DNA of 64,000 nucleotides from Gemmatimonas sp. (lineage in GTDB: Bacteria; Gemmatimonadota; Gemmatimonadetes; Gemmatimonadales; Gemmatimonadaceae), in NCBI GenBank assembly GCA_031414535.1, contig JANNVQ010000017.1, positions 25,450 through 89,449 of the forward strand, read 5' to 3'. Below the pieces are notes generated by a model, which had not been told where the DNA came from, did not search any database, and saw nothing but the letters and a program-made list of their open reading frames with translations. Positions 1 to 7,441 of the stretch are shown here, piece after piece. The position numbers were made by a program, and so were the translations under genes. The first letter of the stretch is position 1; each line of letters opens with the position of its first letter.

Positions 1-882
1 ATCGATAAGATCAACGACTACGATTGCTCGTGGGGCGCACCGGGCATCGGCCGCTTTCGCGTGAACATCCTGCGGCAGCGATCGAGCTTCATGATTGTCA
101 TGCGCGTCATTCCCTTCGAGGTGCCGAACTTCGAGCGGCTCGCCGTGCCAGGCGTCCTCAAGCAGATTGCCGAAGCCGAGCGCGGCATGATTCTCGTCAC
201 CGGCGTGACGGGCTCTGGCAAGAGCACCACGATGGCGGCGCTGGTCAATCACATCAACCAGCATCACAACAAGCACATCGTGACGCTGGAGAACCCAATT
301 GAGTTTCTGCATCGCGACCTGCAGAGCTCGGTGACCCAGCGTGAAATTGGTGTGGACACCGAAAGTTTCCGCATGGGCCTGCGGGCGGCACTGCGTCAAG
401 ATCCCGACGTTGTGCTGATCGGCGAGATGCGAGACGCCGAGACCATTGATACCGCGATGAAGGCCGCGGAGACGGGGCACCTGCTCATTTCCACGGTGCA
501 TACGCCAGACGCGCAGAGCACCGTGTTGCGCATCCTCGCGATGTTCCCACCGGAGGAGCAGGACGTCGTACGCGTGCGTCTCGCCGAGTCTCTGCACGCC
601 GTGATCTCGCAGCGCTTGCTGCCGCGCAAAGATGGCAATGGTCGCATCGCGGCGCTGGAAATCATGATCGTCACGCCCACCATCCGCGACCTGATGCTCG
701 ACCGCGATAAGGTGGGTGAGATTCGCGATTACATCGCGGCGGGCCGTGAACAGTATGGCATGCAGACGTTTGACCAACACCTTGAGCAGTTGGTGCAGGA
801 TGGCTCGATTGATCTGAAGGTGGCGCTTGCAGCCTCTACTCGGCCGTCGGATTTGGCACTCAAGTTCTCGATGAACAGCTGA
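1..882 (+). CDS. pilT: PilT/PilU-family type IV pilus retraction ATPase (5' truncated by window edge)
   Basis: Frame is open from base 1 (IDKINDYDCSWGAPGIGRFRVN). Walker A GVTGSGKST, TLENPIE, ALRQDPDVVLIGEMRD, AAETGHL..TVH, GMQTFD. The AIRNLIRE motif is degenerate (TIRDLMLD), so possibly a PilT paralogue. Confidence 0.9.
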   Translation: MDKINDYDCSWGAPGIGRFRVNILRQRSSFMIVMRVIPFEVPNFERLAVPGVLKQIAEAERGMILVTGVTGSGKSTTMAALVNHINQHHNKHIVTLENPIEFLHRDLQSSVTQREIGVDTESFRMGLRAALRQDPDVVLIGEMRDAETIDTAMKAAETGHLLISTVHTPDAQSTVLRILAMFPPEEQDVVRVRLAESLHAVISQRLLPRKDGNGRIAALEIMIVTPTIRDLMLDRDKVGEIRDYIAAGREQYGMQTFDQHLEQLVQDGSIDLKVALAASTRPSDLALKFSMNS

Positions 883-1760
883 TGATTAAGCTTGAAGGCA
901 TCTTCGCGCCCGTCGTCACGACCTTCCACGCCGGTAGCGAGGATCTCGATCTCGCCGGCTTCTCCAAGAACGTGCAGTCGCACATCGCGGAGGGATTGGA
1001 TGGTGTGGTGGTGGCTGGCAGCACCGGCGAGGCCGCGCTGCTCAGCGAGGACGAACGCAACGCATTGGTGGCCGCCGCGCGCGCCCAGACGCCCAAGGGA
1101 CGCCTCGTGATTGCCGGATGCGGCGGTGAGAGCACACGGCAAACCATCGCGCGCTCAAAGTCCGCGAAGGCGAACGGCGCCGATGCCGCACTCGTGGTCG
1201 CGCCGCACTACTACGCCAACGCGATGACCGAGGAGATTCTCCGCGCGCACTACAGGCGCGTGGCCGATGAATCACCAGTGCCGGTCATCCTCTACAACAT
1301 TCCCAAGTACATGCACTTCGCGCTCTCGGCTGAGTTGGTGGCGGAGTTGGCGCAGCACCAAAACGTGATTGGAATCAAGGACAGCTCGGGCCAACTCGAT
1401 ATGCTGAAGGGCTTCCTGCGCGCCCAGAGCAGTGCGTTCAGCGTACTGACGGGCAGCGGCAGCGGCTTGCAGGCGGGCATCGAGGCCGGCGCTCGCGGTG
1501 GCATTCTCGCGGTGTCGCTCTTCGCGCCGGGCTTCGCGCTCGAGGTACGCTCGGCACTCGCCGCGGGTGATGCAGCGACCGCGGCCAAGGCCCAGGCTCG
1601 TCTGAAGCCGATGGCGGATGTGATTGTGGCCAAGCTCGGCGTGCCTGGCGTGAAGGCTGCCCTGGATGCCGTAGGCAAAGTGGGCGGCCCGCCGCGCATG
1701 CCGCTGTTGCCGCTCGGCGCCGAGGGACGCGTCGAGGTTGCCGCAGCGTTGGCTGGCTAA
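882..1760 (+). CDS. Dihydrodipicolinate synthase (DapA/NAL aldolase) family protein
   Basis: GSTGE motif, LYNIP and Schiff-base Lys in GIKDSSG. TGATG overlap with the upstream gene. Substrate cannot be assigned. Confidence 0.9.
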   Translation: MIKLEGIFAPVVTTFHAGSEDLDLAGFSKNVQSHIAEGLDGVVVAGSTGEAALLSEDERNALVAAARAQTPKGRLVIAGCGGESTRQTIARSKSAKANGADAALVVAPHYYANAMTEEILRAHYRRVADESPVPVILYNIPKYMHFALSAELVAELAQHQNVIGIKDSSGQLDMLKGFLRAQSSAFSVLTGSGSGLQAGIEAGARGGILAVSLFAPGFALEVRSALAAGDAATAAKAQARLKPMADVIVAKLGVPGVKAALDAVGKVGGPPRMPLLPLGAEGRVEVAAALAG

Positions 1761-1774
1761 CAGCGAACGGCCTT

Positions 1775-1842
1775 TCACCACAGAGGCACAGAGAGAGGGA
1801 GAACCGCATCGCAGTCTCCGAGCCTCCGTGCCGCCGTGGTGA
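1775..1842. repeat. REP-like imperfect palindromic element (copy 1)
   Basis: Arms TCACCACAGAGGCACAGAG (1775-1793) and CTCCGTGCCGCCGTGGTGA (1824-1842) are 16/19 complementary, with an inner GGAGA/TCTCC stem. Same arm family as 52977-53102. Confidence 0.75.
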
Positions 1843-1849
1843 TCAGCAG

Positions 1850-1878
1850 TTGCCGTTCATTTGGTCACGGCCTAGATT
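1850..1878 (+). promoter_or_regulatory. Putative sigma70 promoter upstream of purA
   Basis: TTGCCG (1850-1855), 17 nt spacer, TAGATT (1873-1878). Confidence 0.55.
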
Positions 1879-1884
1879 CTTTCT

Positions 1885-1914
1885 ACGCCCCGCGCATCCG
1901 CGGGGCGTTTTTTT
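1885..1914 (+). terminator. Intrinsic terminator-like hairpin (or attenuator) upstream of purA
   Basis: Perfect 10-bp stem ACGCCCCGCG-catc-CGCGGGGCGT, ending in a T7 run (1908-1914). Confidence 0.8.
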
Positions 1915-1959
1915 GTGCCCTGCCGGGCCACTCGGCTACGTCCCAAGCCTGACCGCAAA

Positions 1960-3240
1960 ATGTTCGACTCCAAGACCCGCACCATCGTCATCGTCGGCGC
2001 CCAATGGGGCGACGAAGGGAAGGGAAAACTCGTTGACGTCCTCGCCGAGCGCGCCGACTGGGTGGTGCGGTATCAGGGGGGCGCGAACGCGGGCCATACG
2101 GTGCATGTGGGAGATGAGTCCACGGTGTTGCATCAGGTGCCGAGCGGCATCCTGCACCCAGGAGTGCGCTGCGCGATTGGCAACGGCGTCGTGCTCGATC
2201 CCGAGGGAATGTTTGAAGAAGTGGACGCGCTGGTGGCGAACGGCGTGGACGTCGCGGGCCGCCTGTACCTGAGCGACCGCGCACATCTCGTGATGCCGTA
2301 TCACAAGCTCGTGGATAAGGAGAGCGCCGCGAGCAAGGTGATTGGCACCACGGGTCGCGGCATTGGTCCGGCCTACGAGGATAAGGTCGCGCGCCGTGGC
2401 ATCCGCGTGCTCGACTTGCGTCACCCGGCGCGTTTGAAGGCGCTTGTGGAGCGCGGCACGGACCACGCGAATCACATTCTCGCGGGCTTCGGCTCTGCGA
2501 AGCGCGCCGATGCGGCGTTCACGCTCTCGGAATTGGAGCGCATCGCGCCGCGTCTCTTGGCGATTGCTGAGGACGTGGGCCTGGCGGTACATCGCGCGCA
2601 GAAGCAGGGCGCAGCGGTACTCCTCGAGGGCGCGCAGGGCTCGCTGCTCGACGTGGATCACGGTACCTACCCCTTCGTGACCTCGTCCAGCACCACGGCC
2701 GGTGGCGCGGCGATTGGCATTGGCATCGCGCCGCGGTCGTTGGATGCGGTGCTCGGTGTGGTGAAGGCGTACACAACGCGAGTCGGTGGCGGCCCGATGC
2801 CCACCGAATTGCTCGACGCCACCGGCGAGGAATTGCGAAAGGTCGGCAATGAGTTTGGCGCCACCACTGGGCGCCCGCGCCGTTGCGGTTGGTTTGACGC
2901 CGTTGTTGTGCGCTATGCCGTGCGTGTGAACGGGCTCACCGGCCTCGCCGTAACCAAGCTCGACGTGCTCGACCAGTTCGAGAAGATCGCGCTGTGCACG
3001 GGCTACAAGATTGGGAATGAGGTGATGACGGAGTTCCCCGGCGACTTGGCGGACCTCGAAGGCATTGAGCCCGTGTACGAGTGGTACGATGGGTGGAAGT
3101 CTTCGACCCAGGGTGCACGCAAGCTCAGCGACCTGCCGAAGCAGGCCCGGACGTATCTCGACCGGCTCGTGGAAGTCGCGGAATGCCCGGCCCAGTATGT
3201 CAGCGTGGGCACACGCCGGGACCAAATTATCGGGCTGTAG
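1960..3240 (+). CDS. purA: Adenylosuccinate synthetase
   Basis: GAQWGDEGKGK, QGGANAGHT, GTTGRGIGP, EGAQG, HGTYPFVTSS, GATTGRPRRCGW. Start set at ATG 1960 (MFDSK). Confidence 0.98.
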   Translation: MFDSKTRTIVIVGAQWGDEGKGKLVDVLAERADWVVRYQGGANAGHTVHVGDESTVLHQVPSGILHPGVRCAIGNGVVLDPEGMFEEVDALVANGVDVAGRLYLSDRAHLVMPYHKLVDKESAASKVIGTTGRGIGPAYEDKVARRGIRVLDLRHPARLKALVERGTDHANHILAGFGSAKRADAAFTLSELERIAPRLLAIAEDVGLAVHRAQKQGAAVLLEGAQGSLLDVDHGTYPFVTSSSTTAGGAAIGIGIAPRSLDAVLGVVKAYTTRVGGGPMPTELLDATGEELRKVGNEFGATTGRPRRCGWFDAVVVRYAVRVNGLTGLAVTKLDVLDQFEKIALCTGYKIGNEVMTEFPGDLADLEGIEPVYEWYDGWKSSTQGARKLSDLPKQARTYLDRLVEVAECPAQYVSVGTRRDQIIGL

Positions 3241-3357
3241 TTGGCGCTGGCCTGCGCGGCACAAACATGGGAGTTTCTCCTCTCCGCATGCCATTTCTCG
3301 TAGGAATCGACCCACTCGCGTTCAACTCATGTGAGCCCGGTCACGCAATTCTCGTTC

Positions 3358-3377
3358 AGGTGTAAGGGTTTACACCT
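3358..3377. promoter_or_regulatory. Perfect inverted repeat, candidate operator upstream of the envelope/caspase cluster
   Basis: AGGTGTAA-gggt-TTACACCT within the ~250-nt intergenic region. Confidence 0.45.
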
Positions 3378-3491
3378 TGCGAACCTTCTCTCGATACCCA
3401 AAATTGTGGGCGGTAGGGAACTAGCTGAGATGGCTCCTTGTCATCCTTTCGGACTAGTCCTGACTCACAAGTCCTGGGAGGGACTGTAAAA

Positions 3492-4073
3492 ATGAAGCAT
3501 GTCGTTCTTGTTGCCTCACTTGCGACCCTCGCTGCGGCTTGTGCCTCGGCCCCGGCCACGACCACGGTCACCAACCAGGGTGCAGTTGTCTCCGACATCC
3601 CCACTTGGTTCACCACGGTTCCGACGGATTTGAACATGCTGTACCAGCCGTCCACCTCGGAGTCGCGCGACCTTCAGCTGGCCATCAACAAGGCCACGGC
3701 GGACGGCCGCAATGGCATCGCGCAGCAGATGGAGACGCGCTTCCAGGGTCTCACCGAGCGCTTCCAGGAAGAGACGGGCCTTGGCGCTGACGCTGAGCTC
3801 CTCGACCAGTTCCGTCAGGCGTACCGTGGCGTTGTGAGCCAGACCCTCAATGGCTCGCGCGTCGGCCGTCAGGAAATCCGCAACAACGGTGTTACCTACC
3901 GCGCCTATGTTTTGGTTGAGATGCCAATTGGTGCCGCGAACCAGGCGCTCATGCAGCGCATCCGTGCGAACGAGCGGATGTTCACCCGCTTCCGCGCGGC
4001 GCAGGCATTCGAAGATCTTGACCGCCAGGTTAAGGCCTACGAAGAGTCGCAGCGCCCGCCTGCCAATCCGTAA
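3492..4073 (+). CDS. LPP20-like lipoprotein
   Basis: GGGAGG RBS, lipobox LAAAC, IPTWF motif, 'LAINKATADGRNGIAQQM' helix and 'YRAYVLVEMP' strand typical of LPP20-like domains. Confidence 0.75.
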   Translation: MKHVVLVASLATLAAACASAPATTTVTNQGAVVSDIPTWFTTVPTDLNMLYQPSTSESRDLQLAINKATADGRNGIAQQMETRFQGLTERFQEETGLGADAELLDQFRQAYRGVVSQTLNGSRVGRQEIRNNGVTYRAYVLVEMPIGAANQALMQRIRANERMFTRFRAAQAFEDLDRQVKAYEESQRPPANP

Positions 4074-4082
4074 GCGCGGCCG

Positions 4083-4877
4083 GTGTTTCGCGGGTCCCTG
4101 GGGTGGCAGCCCCTGCTTGCGGGTGTGCTGGTTCTGACGGGATCCGCGTGTGCACCGAGCGCTTCTGCGCCGGTGCGCTCGCCGGTTTCGACGGCAGTGC
4201 GGACGAGTTCAGAAAGGTTTGAATACCCGGCATGGTTCGTGCAAGGACGTTCGGACGGGGTCGTGGTCGGATACGCGCCTGATTTTGCCACCACTGCGAC
4301 CGCCGAGAGCTTGGCGGTATTAGATGCTGCCGCGAGGGCACGCTTGTCGGTTCGGATGCGAATTCGTGTGGACGCAGGGTTCGAGGCTCGTCCTGGCGAG
4401 CGGTTGGACAGCCAAGGCGAGATCAGCGAGGAGGAGCCGCTCACTGACAGCTTCCCTGTGTTTGTACGGGGAGCGGCGTCGGCGCGTGGCATGTACTTAG
4501 TGGCCGCTGGAGCGGATTCCACTGCACCGCGGATACCGTCAGCGATGGTCACCTTGGGTGCTGAGATTCCGCCCTGGATTGAGCACCCGCCGGCGACTGA
4601 TGGGGAGTGGTGGTACGGCGTTGGAGTGTCCACGGCGTATGCCCGGGAATACTTCTCATGGGACGAGGCTGAGCGTCACGGCAGGCAGACCTTGGCTCTG
4701 AATGCGGGTGCGAGACTACGCTCGGTGATGCGTGGGACGGACGAGGATGACTCGGCGGTGATGCAGGTCAGCACCGCGGTTGAGATGGAATCGGTGTCGG
4801 TGGTGTTGCGCTGGCGCGACACCGGGAATTGTTATGTGTTGGTTCGAGGCCGCATTCTGGCGGTCCGAGGCCGGTAA
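4083..4877 (+). CDS. Lipoprotein with two LPP20-like repeats (hypothetical)
   Basis: Lipobox-like GSAC. Two internal units start YPAWF and IPPWI, each followed by G-x-x and an A..AR/GR..LA helix, ending in YLV/YVLV. Confidence 0.6.
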   Translation: MFRGSLGWQPLLAGVLVLTGSACAPSASAPVRSPVSTAVRTSSERFEYPAWFVQGRSDGVVVGYAPDFATTATAESLAVLDAAARARLSVRMRIRVDAGFEARPGERLDSQGEISEEEPLTDSFPVFVRGAASARGMYLVAAGADSTAPRIPSAMVTLGAEIPPWIEHPPATDGEWWYGVGVSTAYAREYFSWDEAERHGRQTLALNAGARLRSVMRGTDEDDSAVMQVSTAVEMESVSVVLRWRDTGNCYVLVRGRILAVRGR

Positions 4878-4909
4878 GCTTCTTCTGCTGTTGCATGAGG
4901 TTGATCGAA

Positions 4910-7441
4910 ATGGCTCACAGTCTCTTTGATACCCGCGCTTTGCGCGTGGCCCTCCTGCTCCTTGCGATGCCGTTGACGTTGGCGGCACAGGGAAACCAAC
5001 TCGCAGAAATCGAAATTGCTGCCGACAGCTCCGGCCAGCCGATTTCCGTAAACGGGCGTCAGATGGGCGTGACTCCCGCGACGGTGAGAATCGCGCCGGC
5101 AGCAGGTGTTCGCATCGAAGTCGGCCGCGGCGCTCGCATGCGCGGGCTCACGCTGGACGTGCCAGCCTCCGCCCGCATCAAGGTGGAGATGACGATGCCG
5201 CGTGACACGCAGCCGCTGCCGCGCGTGCGCACGCAGGAAGAGATTCAGCGCGCGCTCTCCGGGTCCAGTAATTACCCGACGCCCAGCGCCCCTGTCGCAC
5301 CGATTGCGCCGCGGCGTCCGGGCTTCTTCGGGAGCTTGGTGATGGGTGGCGCACTGATTGGCGGCGGGGCCTTTGTGGCCTCCTCGGGAGCCTGCGACCA
5401 GAGCTTCACGTCACCGGCGCCGTCCGGTGGCTATGTGGGTGGTACGTACTATGCGCCTGGCGAGCATTCGCTGGGCGTCGCGGCCAGCTGCCAGGCCAGC
5501 GCGGCGGCCGTTGGCGCTCTTGTTGGCGCTGGTGCCTTGCATCTCATTCGCCGCGGGAGATACAAGTCGCGTCAGGCGAGCTTTGCCTCCGCACAGGCGC
5601 AGCATCGGACGGCGCAGGTCGCCTATGAGCGGTCCGTCACGGATCGTGAACGGCGCTTCCGCGAAGATGTGCAGAAGGCACTCGACGGCGACCAAGCTCA
5701 GCGTGTGGCCGTTGCCTCGAACAACGACCGCGCCATCCGTGCCAATCAGGAACTGCCGCTCGTGACCTTCTTGAACACGACGCGGAGCCAAGTCGTCGGC
5801 GGTCGCACGAACATGGTCCCGCCCGCGCTGCGCATTCAGTCTGTCTCGTTTGAAGATGCCGATGGTGATTCCGTCATCTCGGCCGGTGAACGCGCCACAG
5901 TGAAGGTGCGCTTGCAGAACACCGGTCGCGGCGCAGGCGTGAACGTGCGTGTTGATGCGAAGTCCACCTCACGTCTCCGCTTTCAGCCGGCGCTGGTCGG
6001 TACTGTCGCCGCCGGTGACATTCGTGAGGCCGTACTCGAGGTCATCGCCACGCAGGACGTTACGGATGAGCAGGCCGCGCTCGACATCACGCTGGTTGAG
6101 GCAAACGGCTTCGACTCCGAGCCACTGCGTCTCTTGGTGCCGGTGATGGCGTACCGTCCACCCAACCTGAGCATCCTCGGTGCGCAAGCCGTTGACGCCG
6201 AGGGTCGCACCGTCATCCGGCCCGGTTCGCAGGCCACCGTGACCGTGCGCGTGCAGAACCGCGGCCAAGGTCTGGCGGAGAACGTGCGCTTGGTCATCGC
6301 CCTTGGCGACAGCACAATGTTCTTTGCGGACAATCCCACCATGAACGTCGTCACGCGTGATCTCGGGCGTATGCGCGCGGGAGCGTTCCAGGATGTGAAG
6401 TTCGAAGTGATCGTGAACAACCGCGCGACGCGCTTCGCGCTGAACGCATCGATTACGGAACAGTCGGGTCGCTATTCCTTGGCACCGCGCGACCTTGGCC
6501 TCCAGTTGAACCGCCCGCAGCAGAGCATCGCGCAGGTGGTGGCAGTGGAAGCGCCACGGCCAGGGGTTGGTGCTGGTGCCGTGCCCGGCACGTTTGGATC
6601 TGACCTTTTGCAGGGTATTCCGCGGGTGGCGGAGAATCCGAATTCTGTCGCGATCATCATTGGCAACTCGCAGTATTTGGGCGGCATTCCGCCGGTGCAG
6701 TTCGCGGCCAATGACGCGGTGGTGATGCGTCAGTATGCCGAGCAGTCGCTCGGCGTGCGGCCGGGCAACATCGTGATGCTCAACAACGCGACCATGTCGC
6801 AACTGCGCACGACGTTCGGAGAACGCGGCAATCCGAATGGCCGTTTGCGCAACATGATTCGCCCCGGTGTGAGTGAGGTCTTCGTGTTCTACTCCGGCCA
6901 CGGTGCGCCGGACGCCGCTGAGCGCAAGGCGTACATCATGCCGGTGGATGCGGATGCCAGCTTGCTCTCGCTCACGGGATACAGTGTGGATGTGCTCTAC
7001 GAGAATCTCGCGGCGATTGGCGCCAAGCACGTGACGGTGGTGATTGACGCCTGCTTCTCCGGCGCCACCGGTGGCGGCGAAATGCTCATCAAGTCGGCCT
7101 CGCCGATTGGCATTCAGGTCAATGATCCGGCGCAACGCTTCCAAGGTGGTAACGCCACAATCATTGCTGCGGCCGAAGGGCAGCAATTGGCCAATTGGTA
7201 TGACGAAAAGAACCACGGCTTGCTGACGTACTTCTTTTTGAAGGGTTTGCAAGGGCAGGCGGACAAGGACCAGAACGGCGAAGTGTCGGTGGCGGAGATG
7301 CGCGGGTTCCTGACCGATCCGGCCTATGGCATCCCGTATGAAGCGCGGCGTTTGCACAGCCGCGATCAGACGCCTCAGGTGTTTGGTTCTGGGGAGCGCA
7401 CCCTACGTGCGAAGCCTGTTGAAGCCGCGGGGCAGCCGTAA
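4910..7441 (+). CDS. Exported multidomain caspase-family (peptidase C14) protein: signal peptide, PEGA, hydrophobic hairpin, coiled coil, 2x CARDB/Ig-like, caspase domain
   Basis: Signal peptide ..LAAQ, PEGA-like ISVNGRQMGVTP, AIIIGNSQY, FAANDA, His in FYSGHG, Cys in IDACFSG, HGLLTYFFLKGL, EF-hand-like loops DADGDSVISAGE and DKDQNGEVSVAE, QTPQ. GAGG RBS before ATG 4910. Confidence 0.88.
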   Translation: MAHSLFDTRALRVALLLLAMPLTLAAQGNQLAEIEIAADSSGQPISVNGRQMGVTPATVRIAPAAGVRIEVGRGARMRGLTLDVPASARIKVEMTMPRDTQPLPRVRTQEEIQRALSGSSNYPTPSAPVAPIAPRRPGFFGSLVMGGALIGGGAFVASSGACDQSFTSPAPSGGYVGGTYYAPGEHSLGVAASCQASAAAVGALVGAGALHLIRRGRYKSRQASFASAQAQHRTAQVAYERSVTDRERRFREDVQKALDGDQAQRVAVASNNDRAIRANQELPLVTFLNTTRSQVVGGRTNMVPPALRIQSVSFEDADGDSVISAGERATVKVRLQNTGRGAGVNVRVDAKSTSRLRFQPALVGTVAAGDIREAVLEVIATQDVTDEQAALDITLVEANGFDSEPLRLLVPVMAYRPPNLSILGAQAVDAEGRTVIRPGSQATVTVRVQNRGQGLAENVRLVIALGDSTMFFADNPTMNVVTRDLGRMRAGAFQDVKFEVIVNNRATRFALNASITEQSGRYSLAPRDLGLQLNRPQQSIAQVVAVEAPRPGVGAGAVPGTFGSDLLQGIPRVAENPNSVAIIIGNSQYLGGIPPVQFAANDAVVMRQYAEQSLGVRPGNIVMLNNATMSQLRTTFGERGNPNGRLRNMIRPGVSEVFVFYSGHGAPDAAERKAYIMPVDADASLLSLTGYSVDVLYENLAAIGAKHVTVVIDACFSGATGGGEMLIKSASPIGIQVNDPAQRFQGGNATIIAAAEGQQLANWYDEKNHGLLTYFFLKGLQGQADKDQNGEVSVAEMRGFLTDPAYGIPYEARRLHSRDQTPQVFGSGERTLRAKPVEAAGQP

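Noticed and set aside
3241..3257. sigma54-like TTGGCGC..TGC after purA
   Set aside because: GG-to-GC spacing is 9 nt rather than the required 10.
1936..3315. 459-aa antisense ORF over purA (likewise 5969-7357, 50329-51444, 53529-54542, 58517-59572 and many others)
   Set aside because: Shadow ORFs expected from high-GC codon bias. They have no motifs and fully overlap well-supported genes.
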